NCBI RefSeq assembly: GCF_037042905.1
Contig: NC_087249.1
Coordinates: 39,556,001-39,620,000 of the forward strand
DNA length: 64,000 bases
Reading direction: 5' to 3'
From: Lytechinus pictus
Lineage: Eukaryota
This document shows positions 1-11,867 of this stretch, piece after piece. A program made the translations under genes and the position numbers. The notes beneath the pieces are model-generated. The model saw only the letters and a program-made list of their open reading frames with translations, made no database searches and was not told where the DNA came from. Numbering within the stretch: position 1 is the first letter of the stretch; each line of letters starts with the position of its first letter.

Positions 1-161
1 GTGATTTTATGTTTTCCATATTAAGCATTTGGTCTAACTTCTCACCAGAGTAGGCCCTACTAGAATATTGTGTGAGCGGGAGCTGTAATTTATTTACTAG
101 TTGTTTTAGAATAGCCTTGGGAATAATGCAATATCGAAGGCAATCGACTCGATCTCCCGAT

Positions 162-2050
162 CAGTGGCGTAGCTTGGATTTATTCAGCAGTTGTTTATAA
201 TTATGAATAAGATATGTATGGAAGTAAATGATTAATGCGAGCGCGAAGCGCGGGCTAAAAATGTCAATACACTACCTGAACAGGTACAGTTTGCAGTGAC
301 TCATGAAAATTATATTCAGTCACCAATCATATAATACGGGCGCCAAGTGCGAGCCGTGTAATAGACGCAGCCGCGCAAAGTAGGAAGAAAAAAAGAATGA
401 ATATTATTTCGACTTTTAAACTGGAATTCTTTTAGCACTTTTAACCATGTACAGAATAGTAGAATAGGTATCTAACTAAACAACTGATGCGAGCGCGAAG
501 CGCGAGTTGAAAATTTTGACTTTCCGACTAGAAAAGTTGATGTTCTATGAGTAGGCCTACTTTCTGTAACCCTAAAGACAATGGGTATCTGATCACACGA
601 TTGAAATGAAGCGTAAAATTATTTGTTTTTTTACGAACTGAAAAGCGGATATTCTGAGCACTTTTGACAGGATTGATACCTGATTAACAATATCGCGCGA
701 GTTACATTTTTTTTTAGGGTGGGGTTAGATTTTGATCCCGAAAATGGGACATTGTATGCCATTTTTTTAACAATGGAAAGGAGGGTGCAGTGGTGTAACT
801 ACGGGGGGCATATTTGACTATAATATTTACGTTTATTATTACATGAGAAATATTTTTTCATTTATGAAACATGACTTGATCAGTGCCTATGTGCTCATCG
901 TTCCTGGTGCTCGCATTGTCTGTTTGAGGAGATATATAATCCTGTTGTACTAAAATGTCCCGTTTTCAAGTCAATATGGTCTCTGTGAATTCCTACAAAC
1001 AAGCCTTAAAATGTCCCTGTTTGAGGTTAATATATACAAAAATTTCAGCTCGCACTTCCCGCTCTCATTGTTTGTTTAGCGAGACAGGTACGCATCATGA
1101 TTACAAAAATTTGCTTATAATGTACCCTTTTAGGTCTGAATATAAAAATTTCAGCTCGCGCTTCGCGCTCGCATTATTTGATCAGTGAGATAATATCCGT
1201 TTAATGGAATAGTCCTTAAAATGTCTTTATTAGGTCAGTATACCTGGCAATTGAGTGACTCAAAAATTTTGCTGGTGCCCACCCAAATGCCGTGACCCAC
1301 GGTTAGCCACAGGGAGGGGGTATTTTCACTAAATAAATAAGGCGAGCGCGAAGAGCAAGCCAATTTTTTTTTATATTCCGATCTAAAAAAGGCATTTTAA
1401 TCGTATTTTTAATAAAAAAACACAGTGTGTACCCCCCCCCCCCGAAAAAAACAAATTAATTAATTAATAACTATAAAGTGACTTTAGAGGGACCCGTTTA
1501 AATTCTGATTTCTATTATAATTGTTTTTCTCTATTCTCTTCGTCTCTCTTTTTTTCTTTTTCTTTCCCTTTTTGCACCACAATGGGGGTAGCACTTTGCC
1601 CCCTAGATCCGCCTATGTATATTGACCTGAAAAAAACTTACATTTTAAGGACTTACGCACGTCGGATTGATGGAGAGGATACGCACCTCATTAATCAAAT
1701 ATTGCGAGCGCGTAGCGCCAGCTGAATTTGATATTCAGCTCTTTTTTGTGACCCTGAACAGGACACCTATCTCGCTGAACAGACTTCTAACTCGAGCACA
1801 TTGTTTTTTTTTTGTATTATAATGATTATCGGAATAAGGGATATTTTAAATTTTAACTTACTAACCTTTTTGGGCAGAACTTGCCTTTCACTATAAACAG
1901 GCAATACGAGCAATGTTGCACCCCAGGTCAAACATGAATCTGCATGGCGCCCCCTAACTTTAAGGTCAATTTGGCGCCCTCGGTTGAACATGAATTTGGC
2001 GCCCCATGTGAAATATGACTTTGCCCCCCTCCTCTGAAACATGAATTTGT
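162..2050. mobile_element. Composite of non-autonomous hAT-like MITEs with GCGAGCGCGAAGCGCGAGC motifs filling the intron of copy A
   Basis: CAGTGGCGTAGC terminus at 162. Hairpin motif or variants at 237, 489, 1342 and 1704. Terminus-like GATCCGCCTATG near 1606-1617. Degenerate ~22-bp tandem units at 1915-2050. Boundaries approximate. Confidence 0.55.
788..1312 (+). mobile_element. hAT-like MITE, internally deleted relative of 17690-18857
   Basis: Ends CAGTGGTGTAAC...GTTAGCCACAG. 8-bp TSD GGAGGGTG (780-787) / GGAGGGGG (1313-1320). Blocks closely match 17970-18050, 18290-18340 and 18570-18850. Confidence 0.75.
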
Positions 2051-2058
2051 TGACTCAC

Positions 2059-2321
2059 GAAATTCTTCTCGGTATCAAAATGCCATTGAATTCCTTTACA
2101 AACGCCGTTATCGCTTCTGCGTATACCGCCTCGTTTCCTTCCAGTCCCCTCGGTAGCTCACGACCGGTCGCCGATTTCAACATGCCACTCGCTGTTTTAG
2201 AATACGAATAAAGCTCCATGTAGACTTCCATCTCGTCAATGGCGCTCATGCATTTTGCAAACACTGTCGACATCGTTCGAGGTACACCCCACAATGCCAC
2301 TTTGACTTGCTTGCCCGCCAT
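2059..2321 (-). CDS. Exon 1 of sulfotransferase-like P-loop protein, copy A (family often annotated 'branched-chain-amino-acid aminotransferase-like', Sulfotransfer_5-type); exon 2 presumably lies left of the window
   Basis: ATG at 2321. MAGKQVKVALWGVPRTMSTVFAKCM contains the W-x-x-P-R-T-x-S-T PAPS-binding-type loop. Ends in a phase-2 donor TC|GTGAGT (GT at 2058-2057), the same position as in the paralogue at 5121-5384. Confidence 0.85.
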
Positions 2322-3270
2322 GATCTCGAGAGTAGGAGAGCTTTAGAGCAATAAATCTTACACGAGTGTGCTAATGACTGAGTTTCCAGTCAGGAATGTA
2401 ATCCTCATAGGGAAGCATACAAAAATTTGGTAGTATGCCCCCCCCCAAAAAAAAAATCATATTCATGTCCAATGTTCAAATGCTGCAACAATAAAGTCAC
2501 CTTGGACTTTGTATATTGAATTGAAACCACTTTGGCTGAGTGCCAAGAAGTTGATATCTGAAAAACAGCACTAACTAGTGTGTTTTCCCTCGCAGAAAAT
2601 TGCCTTTCATATTAGTGCATTTCACATGTTTGATATTTTAATAACTCTGGAAACAAAATAATGAACAAATTTTACTCAAAAGGAGGTGAAGTATTTAAAA
2701 CATTTATTCACTTTGTAGTCATGGTTCTAGCTGAAAAAGTATTCAAAATATCTAAATAGAGTGATCCCCCCTTCTCTCTCCCTCATCTCTCTGTCTTCAT
2801 CTTGCTTACACACACCCACTCACCCACACACACATACACCTCATACTAGCTTCTCTGTATCTCTCCCTCTCTTTTCTTTTTTTTCTCCTTCATATCAATT
2901 AGATTTTCTGCCCCATCTTACTCAAGATAATCATTTAGATCTTTAAAGGTTTTCCATCAATTTTTGAGGTCTTCAAGGATAATTTCAAGAATCGACAATT
3001 GTCAAAGATTTTCCAAGAATATTCAATAGTTAGACGAGTCAAATCTGAACAAATGTTAAAATGATAAACTTGACATTTTTTTTTACTTAAGATTACTAGA
3101 TTAATGTCTGTAGACTTCTTTGGCTAGCTCCAACCGCTCCCTCGCAAAATTCGCAGCTAAAAACTAAAGTAATAATCCCGATACAACAACAATAAAATGT
3201 TACCTTTTAATAATTTTATAAAGAAAAGTAAAGAAAATCACGAAGGACAATCATGACCAACAGGGCAGTA

Positions 3271-5384
3271 TTAAGACACTTGCATTCTGGCTTCAGACAT
3301 TTCAAGGTAAAATGGCATAGAATAGTCGACACATTTGATGACGTCATCTGTCAGCTGATCACGTGGTAAAGGTCCCTTCACGGTAGGCGCCATGAAGTGT
3401 GTGCTGTTGAACGCTGTAGAGTACATCGCTGAATATGACTCAAACAGGTTTTCTCCGGCTGTCACAAAGTTCTTCGGGAACTCATGACTCGGGGACCACT
3501 GCAGGAGGCTATCGCTGTATGGAAATCCAACAGCATCACAGAAACCTATCAAGATCTCCCGTGGGTTGGTGGCCAGATCGGTAGCGTCGATGATGATTGG
3601 GTTAGGGTCGAGATTCTGTTGGACGTATTTCCAGAGCCGGTGCTGTTGCTCGTACCACGACATCGGTCGTAATTTGCTCGGATCGTCGTGTATGATTTCA
3701 ATAGGCCTATCATCTTCATTAAGATGAAACATCTCCGTTACACCTTTCCGGAAAGACTAGTAAACCTTAGCTGGATCTCTAATGAGGAAGACGTGCTTGA
3801 AGCCTTGAGGTAGATACTCCTGGATGTAATCCGTAAAGGCCATTTCCTTTACAAAGACGAATTTACTCGTGGTGGTCTCCAGATCTCGTTTGATATCACA
3901 GCATCTAAAAAGATGATTATAAAGACTTTTTTCAGACTGTCTATATGCATATAATTATATATATATATATATATACAACTATGTACAACTAACTCCGAAT
4001 TGAAACTAAATCCTACAGCACTCGAAATTTGACGATTAATGGTTAAGGGTATTATAATTATACGTCGGAGGCATCCTTTAGGTCAGTTCTAACATTCCCG
4101 GGGCATAGCCGAGGGCATTGGACTGTTTCAAAGGCGAAAGGTTTCGTTTATTATTACTATTCCAAACAAAAAATGTGTCTTATGATGTTTTATAAGATAG
4201 ATCAGATAATGATATGGGGTCCTTGTTAGCCTCATTAGCTTAAATATATGACCGGTCGCATGATACATTGTATATTTCGGTCAATCATTTGATTTGGATC
4301 CACATCACAATTATACATTATTATTTTTATCATTATTTTAAACATTCAAACAGTTGAAGTAAAGGCTGGTCAAAAATGTATTTTATGATCAAACCTAAAC
4401 TTAAACCTCTTTTTAAAGTTATGTTTATGTTTTTGGGGTGAAACTAAATATTAGTCATTTTGTCTATCAACATGTTCAATGATCACAAGCGATATATTCA
4501 GCAAACTGAATGGCAATTCAATTTAAAGTAAATATAGACAAAAATCTTCGTTATATATAAAGACAAATGTCTTTTTTATGGCGACAAATCTCCTTCAATC
4601 TGGCTCCGCTACGTCGATGATACCATTGCCATCAGAGGACCTTTTCATGAAGGCTGTCAGCACAGTACGACTAAAATGTTCACTTTCTCCAACAGTTACT
4701 ATAGTTACAGTCAGAGTTTTATTTCTCGTGACTAGATATTAGACTTCCTATTTTAAAAGTGACGATGGCAGTTAAATTTTTTTTTTTTTATTAATGTACA
4801 AAAATGCGTTAATTTAGCATAGTAATGCTTGACAAACATTGAGGCCAATACCTTTTACAAGAAAAAATACAAAATTAATATCAAGTATCATACATCACCT
4901 CGAAAAGGTTCAAAATTAGCCATTGTGATTGCTTGAAAACAAGATGCGTTTGAGTTTTAAAGCTACTGTAATTCAATCAATTTCATTTCATTTCTTGATA
5001 AATTTCCTTCGGTAATTCATTTAGGAATCGCCCTATTGGAAAATATTTTTGAACGTCGACAAAAAGTAGAGAAAAAGCCAATCATCCATCCAGTTGCACA
5101 AGAACCTCAATGATACTCACGAAATTCTTCTCGGTATCAAAATACTATTTGTTTCTGCTTTAAACGCCTCCAAAGCTTCTGCGTATACCGCCTCGTTCCC
5201 GTCTAGTTTCCACGGCAGCTCACGATCTGTCGCCGATTCGAAAAAAACCACTCGCTGTTTTAGAATACGAATAAAGCTCCAGATATACTTCCATTTCTTC
5301 AATGGCGCTCAGGCATTTCGCAAACACTGTCGACATTGTTCGAGGTACACCCCACAAAGCCACTTTGACTTGCTTGTCCGCCAT
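3271..5384 (-). pseudogene. Two-exon sulfotransferase-like gene, copy B, apparently disabled (exon 1 5384-5121, intron 5120-3905, exon 2 3904-3271; ~298 aa if repaired)
   Basis: Exon 1 MADKQVKVALWGVPRTMSTVFAKCL aligns with copy A but has one extra base in the T7 run (5241-5247). Donor GTGAGT at 5120, acceptor TTTTAG at 3905. Exon 2 reads SCCDIKRDLETTTSKFVFVKEMAF...GFKHVFLIRDPAKVY*SFRKGVTEMFHL...PIIIDATDLATNPREILIGFCDAVGFPYSDSLLQW...QVS*, with an in-frame TAG at 3757-3759. Confidence 0.8.
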
Positions 5385-6009
5385 GATCTCGAGAGTAGGA
5401 CAGCTTTAGAACAAAACATGGGTGTCCCAATGACTGAGTTTAAAGCCATAGATAGTGTCCGCATACATGGCATAGCATAAATTTACTTGATAATATTTGA
5501 TTAAAATCATTACAAAACTTTGGACTATGGCGTACATTGGGTTCATATGTGTTTATCTATTGATTTCATCAAAACTGGTTGTAGTGTCGCTTGGGAACTT
5601 CTTCTACTCCCCGGCCCCGGCCCCCGCCTCCCCCTACCTCTCTCTCTCTCCCTCCACCTCTCTCTCCCCTCCACTCCCCAGTCTCATTTTTTCCAGAAAA
5701 TATTACTCAAGACAATTATGCTTAGGAATAGTTATTATTTTGTTACTTTTGGAACGATCATGTCAAACGCATGATTTTACACTATATCTCAGAAGACTTT
5801 ATCATTGGCCAATTATCATTAATATGCCTATAAACATAATACAAATTCCTGGCAAAATTTTTTTTTTCATTTTATTTTTTCTTGCTTCTAAACAGAATAT
5901 TATGTTCTGAATGCATTTCATCTTAAAAGCTGTGTAAAAAAATATAGATTCGGTCATATCAATGACATAAATCACATTTTCTGTTTGTAAGCGATGGTGC
6001 TCACACACA

Positions 6010-6502
6010 CATGGTCCAGGGAAGCGGTGTTGCAGGGGGTAAAGCACCTCCACATTTTTTTGTTGGGGGGGATGCGCAGCACCCTCTGGAAATAAGGTTG
6101 GCATGCTATCATGTAGAAATTTGACCCAAACCACCTTCATTTTGGAGCGAAAAGCCCTTTTTTCAAATTTAATGATTGTCCGTTTCCCCCCTTAACAAAA
6201 TCACCCTCATTTGGGAGTGAAAACCTTTTTATTTTATTTCATTTCATTTTTCTAATTATTATATTCTGTTCTCATTTATTTATTTACTTATTTATTTATT
6301 TATATATTTATTTATTCAATTATTTCACCTATTCAGTTATTCATTTAATTCATTTCATTTTATTTCATTTATTTATTTATTTATCCATTCATTCATTTAT
6401 TTATTATTCTTATTCTATTTTTTTTTTTGGGGGGGAACTTATCAACCTTAATATTACGAAACCGGTTAGCACCCAGTCTTTAAACTGTTTACCAGGTTCC
6501 TG
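6010..6502 (+). mobile_element. hAT-like MITE with GCAGCACCC motifs and an internal (ATTT)n tract
   Basis: TSD CACACACA (6002-6009) / CCCACACA (6503-6510). Related sequence at 22948-23110, 32388-32639 and ~61892-61935. Confidence 0.6.
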
Positions 6503-7729
6503 CCCACACACAGACGTGTAATGATTGTCTTTTTTGTCAGATTTTTTTTTGCGTCTGGTTTCAGAAATGTTGCTGACCTTTAAATTGCATTTTTATTTGT
6601 CAGAAAATTTTGACGGTGAAGTGTTAAAGGAAAAAGCGATGACCTTTGACCCCTCTCCCTTTTTCAGTTTTCAGAAAAAGTTTTGCCCCTCATGGCGAGA
6701 TTTTCCAGGTACGGCACTAGTAGTAACGATATTACTTCACAGACTCTTCTAATATTGCGAAATATAATTTCCAATTTGGTATGATGCATGTATTATTACA
6801 TTAAATGGCATATAATTGTATAATCAATTTCTATATCTGAGAGCCCATCTCATCTTAATTGAATTGGTAATGATGATGACAAGATGAATTTCTATTGAAA
6901 CTTTTGTGTATACATTTTCTAATTAAAAAAAGTACGAAATTTATGTATGATATAATAGTATCAGATCAATAGTACATGTATATCTGTATGTGGAAACATC
7001 CTGCACATGTTAATGGAGTTTTAATCACCATCAAAGCGTTTATCAAAATGCAATTACTCGTTTTCACATGCTACCCTTTCATATGGTGATTGGGTTTTCC
7101 GTCCGATTGTTAGGAAGGCCGAAGATTGAGGTTTTCAATCAACTGAATTAAGAAAACCGAGTTTTCATTAAAATGTTTCGTTGCGCATGGTTTAATACGT
7201 TTTCACTCCTGGGGCCCGTAACGCAAAACTTAGCAATGATCGTAGAACATTTTTTCTACGATTGATTCCATTGACTACAATGTACAATCAATCGTGAAAA
7301 TTAAGCCCTTCCTCCCTTCTTTCAGTCTTTTATTGAATTGAATTATTATCAACTCTTTACTTATTCCCCTGCATAAATTCCCTTTAATTGCACAGATACT
7401 ATTGAGGAATGAATGGTTGTGATCAATATAAATGGGAAATTTTACAAATAAAAGATTGGCAAGAAAGAAAGACTGTTTGAAATTGCTTAACAACCATCCG
7501 CCATGTTGAAGCCGGTCGTATGATGTAAACACCCCCCCCCCCCCATCGTGAATTTAAAATAAATTGCACGATTCAATTTTCAAAAGATTATTATACCATT
7601 ATACGGGGAATATCCTTAATACCTTGCATGTTTCTTAAACTATAAACCAACACGTTATGTTCAAACATAGCCGTTTTGAACAGCGTTTTGCAATGTATAA
7701 TGGTGCGTTAGGTTTGGCGTGATTGGGAG

Positions 7730-8120
7730 TGGGTGTGTGTGCGTGAGGATGTGCGTGATTTAGGATATTCATATAACAATGTTAGAATCGGGTGGGATGC
7801 CGTGTGTGCAAGGGTCTGTCTGTGCGTCTGCGTGTATGGGTTTAGTCATTCATTCATAAATGTCAGACTTGGGTGGGATGTAGGGGTGCGCCGGTGTATG
7901 CGTGTGTGGGTATGGATGTGCGTGTGATTTTGGTCATTCATACATCAATGTCAGAATGCATTTGTGCGAGAGGTGTGTGTGTGTGATTTTATTTGTATTT
8001 CACATAGCAATGTCAGACATGTCTGAGTGTGCGGGTTTGGCTGGGGATGCTTGGAAGTGAGGCGGTGCAAGTGTGGGTGTGTGTGTGTGATTTTGGTCAT
8101 TCATAATTATATCAATGCCA
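7730..8120. repeat. Degenerate GT-rich minisatellite (~60-100-bp units)
   Basis: About five recurrences of GTGATTTTGGTCATTCATAcatCAATGTCAGA separated by (GT)n-like tracts. Confidence 0.65.
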
Positions 8121-11100
8121 GTCCTCGACAAACAGGTGGTGAGGTAACAATTCTTTCAATAATAAATGTCTTTGACAACCGACATTCATCATCAGCCCCT
8201 AAGAGTAAATCGATATATCAATGAAATAGAGACTCGAGGTCAAGGTCATTACCATCCCTTGGACATATCCGGCATCATCAGCATGTCCGGAGAGGACATT
8301 TCACGAAACAAATATTCAGCGATTTTCACTGAAAATTGTTATAAGCTACTGAGATCCTTGCATCTCATTGGCTCATGACAAAATAGGCAGTGAAAAATCA
8401 CTGAGAAGATGCCCCATGAAAAGCTTCCCATTTTATGAAAATGTATTTTCTCCCTCCACTTATTCCATCATTCTAAATAATATTCACTTAATGTAAGACG
8501 CGTGTTCTGTATAGATTTACGACGGAATTGAATTTAGATTCAAAACCGCCAAGGTAGTGGAAAGCACCGATTGGACTTGTAGTAGTGTAAAATGGCATTT
8601 GTTCCGCCGATGATATTGCCTGATGGAAATTAGACGAGTTTAACAAATGGATTGATTTTGAGATTACCCCTATAGAAATTTAAGCGTGCCGAATGCTAGT
8701 ATAAACTAGCTAGCGAGTAACTGGTGGTTCACTATATAAGCCATTGCAAGCTAGCAAACAGTATACATGCTCGTTTTAAGATCGCTTAATCATTTCTACG
8801 CATACCTATTACAATTTGATTAATATTATATTATTAATCCCCTATGTCAGTATGTAGTCACAAGCTAGCCTCCAGCCTGAAATTTCTATGATGAATTAGC
8901 GTTGTGCTTAATTTTGGATAAATCCCCTCCCAAGTTTATGCCACTATTCTATTCATATCTAAATTACATTAATATGTCTGCCTTACATTGTAAATTGTGA
9001 TGTCAAGGATACGCAATAATATTTTTCATTTAATTCAATTCAATCGGATGTCAAATGGATACTTGATTTCGTTTTTAATCCAATAACTGCATTTGTATGA
9101 TAAATGCCAAAGTGCCCTTAAAAAAAATCACCAAGAAAGGCAGATGAAAACAGATTCAATTGCAACTATACGTTTGTTAGATTTGGGGGTGTGTTGTCTC
9201 TCATTCACTGCGTGTTATAATTACTTGGCTATTCTTGAAATATACTTAATGAGATAAATATTAGTAATAGAGACAATAAATAAGCCTTTAATTTTATTTC
9301 ATTATATAGAATAAATGTTTTTGAAAGGTAAGGTTCCTGTTTTGCTTCTTGATGCCATAATTACTCTAATATGGATGTATTAAGCAATGAATTAACCTGT
9401 TACCATTCAAGTGGGCCTGAATCACAAGACTATACTGTTCAGAATGTTGCATTATTGATAAAGAACCTGGCCAGGTATGTGTAGCTGAGGACTTGAGGAG
9501 GGGCTATTAAGGCTGCTGGTTCGTTTGCCCTTTAAGTGATCATGATGATTATCAGAGTATACTTCCCATTATTCTCGGCCCTTTACAAAGGGTTTATAAA
9601 GACTAAGTGCTAACTCGTCTAATCTCATTGATTAATACGCGGTAAAGCGCATCCCACGAGTGCGATCTGACCAAATGCGATGACGCGTTATTCAAGTATA
9701 CCACACGGACCACACGGCTTTTTAGTCCGACACACGCCTTAGTTAAACATCCCACATCTCTTCAATATTTTTTAAGCAAGTAAAAAAAATCTCGAAACTC
9801 GAACCACAATCTCTCCCTCTCTATAAAAATCATTCTTAATCATCTAACACCGCATTTTCTGTCACTCTTGATCATGACTGTTGTCCTTTGATCATTTGGT
9901 GGTATCCATGGTTACCGTCGTCTGCTCATCTTCTTTTTGATAGAATACATTCCTGTTGGAGCATCTTGACCTTTTTCACCTGTCATGATCGCTGAGAGTT
10001 TAACTTTCCTCCAATTGGTCAAGCACTTTTTTAATTCACCTGCTCTTGGAATTTCCCAGCAGGCCTAGTCTTTCAATCCTCTTTGTTTAAGATTTTAGAG
10101 GATGACGGTGAAAGGGGGTATTTCATATCTCCTTACATCATTACCTCGGACAAGGAATAAGGTGACATTGATTTTCTGTCATTTTCAATCTTTGAAGAAC
10201 AAAAACACGAGCAAATAAAAATCATAGATATATCAAAGTTGCTAATTCAGAATACATAGACACTAGTCTTTATGCATTTTATTCCAGCCCATCTCCGATC
10301 GAAACATTAAGAGCAAGACCCCTTATCGCGAAACGAAATCGCAGGCACTGGGTGTTAAACCATGAAGATGGAATGATTCTAAAATGCATTCTTGTACAGT
10401 TTGTATTTGACTTCTTTTTTTGTTGAAAAAAACTCCGAATATTATCGGAGCCCGCGGGGGGGGGGGGGGTGCTGATATTACAGACACCAATTGCTAGCTG
10501 CCTCAGTAGTCTCCCTCCCCCATGCCGAGAGTTTGTATTGAAATGACTAATGTCACAAATCATTCGGACCCCCAAAAGCCCCCCTTCCCCCCCCCCCAAA
10601 AAAAAAAATAATGATAAAATAGATAAATAAATAAATGAAGTAGTTAAATGATTAATTAATAATAATAATAATGATAACAATTATAGAAAAACAATGAAAA
10701 AACTAAATAAATCGTCTCGACCCGCGCCTTGTTCAGGGAATTATTGTCCTGTCCTTAGCTATTTTCGACTTTAAAAAAAAACTATCAGTCAGAGATTCTG
10801 AGACTGATCGTTTTTTTTTATAATGATAATCTTGTCGACTCTGTTGGATGATAAAGGGATGCCATAAAAATGCCTTCACTCTGTGATGATTATATTCTGC
10901 GACCCTCACTGGTTCGTTAAGCGATGTGGTAACGTACGGTAGATAGTCAGTAGAGCGAAACCCAATTTCATTGGGATATTTCTGACCGGCTTGGCAAATT
11001 AATTAAGAAGCTGGATGTCATCAAGTAACTTCTGTTGCCAACGACGATTGCATATAGGCACTGAGGTATCCACGCCTCCTATACTAGGATCCATGATATA

Positions 11101-11715
11101 CCTAGATCCGCCGTAGCCTCTTCATAAATCTTCTTTAATCTCTTTAGTGCTTGGTTCAGTGCTATATGTGCCTCCTCATTCAATCTGATTTGGCAGCGTT
11201 CTGGGAGCTTTAAGCCGCCTCGTTTCTGCTCCACTTACGAGGAGATTTCGGTCGTCCACCAAGGGACTCAGCCCTTGATCTTCGACACCGATGTCGAGGT
11301 TTGGTCACACCAACGATACCTACTCCGAACGGACCGATAATATATCAAAGGATATAACGTAATAGCTTTGATCGGTCTATTCGGTGCATCTGTCAATTAG
11401 CAATCCCGTATGAGATGAAGCAAGTTAATGAATATTTACAGTAAAAAAGATAGCACGTTGTTTGAGCCTGTCACTCTAAAAAAAATTGTTTAATCTTTAT
11501 TGTAATTGTTTAAACTTTTAACAACTAGTTTAAAACGTTTAAACGGTTGAAAAAAAATTAACAACAGTTGTTAGAGTGATGGGCTTAAACAACGTGCTTA
11601 AAAGAGCGTTTGTACAGTGCTGCAAAAGCTAGGATCGAGGTAGAAGTGTAGGGTAAAGTCCATGAACAGTGAACCACGAGGCTCCAGGTTCCATGTTGGC
11701 TTGGATCAACTGTCC

Positions 11716-11867
11716 TGGTGGGTGTTTCAAGGCTGTTCGTAAGTTAAGAGCGACTTTAAGAATGACTGGTGAACATTTCTTACGCGCAAAGTAATCACAA
11801 ATGAATATATCATTTACCACATGAAAGTCGCTCTTATCTTAAGAACAGCTTTATGGAACGGTCCCTG
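11716..11867. mobile_element. Short MITE with CTG flanks (Harbinger/ISL2EU-like)
   Basis: Internal inverted repeat GCTGTTCGTAAGTTAAGAGCGACTT / AAGTCGCTCTTATCTTAAGAACAGC. CTG on both flanks. Related copy at ~59487-59655. Confidence 0.6.

Noticed and set aside
5094-5480. 128-aa plus-strand ORF
   Set aside because: Antisense shadow of sulfotransferase-like exon 1. The same applies to 3484-3672 over exon 2.
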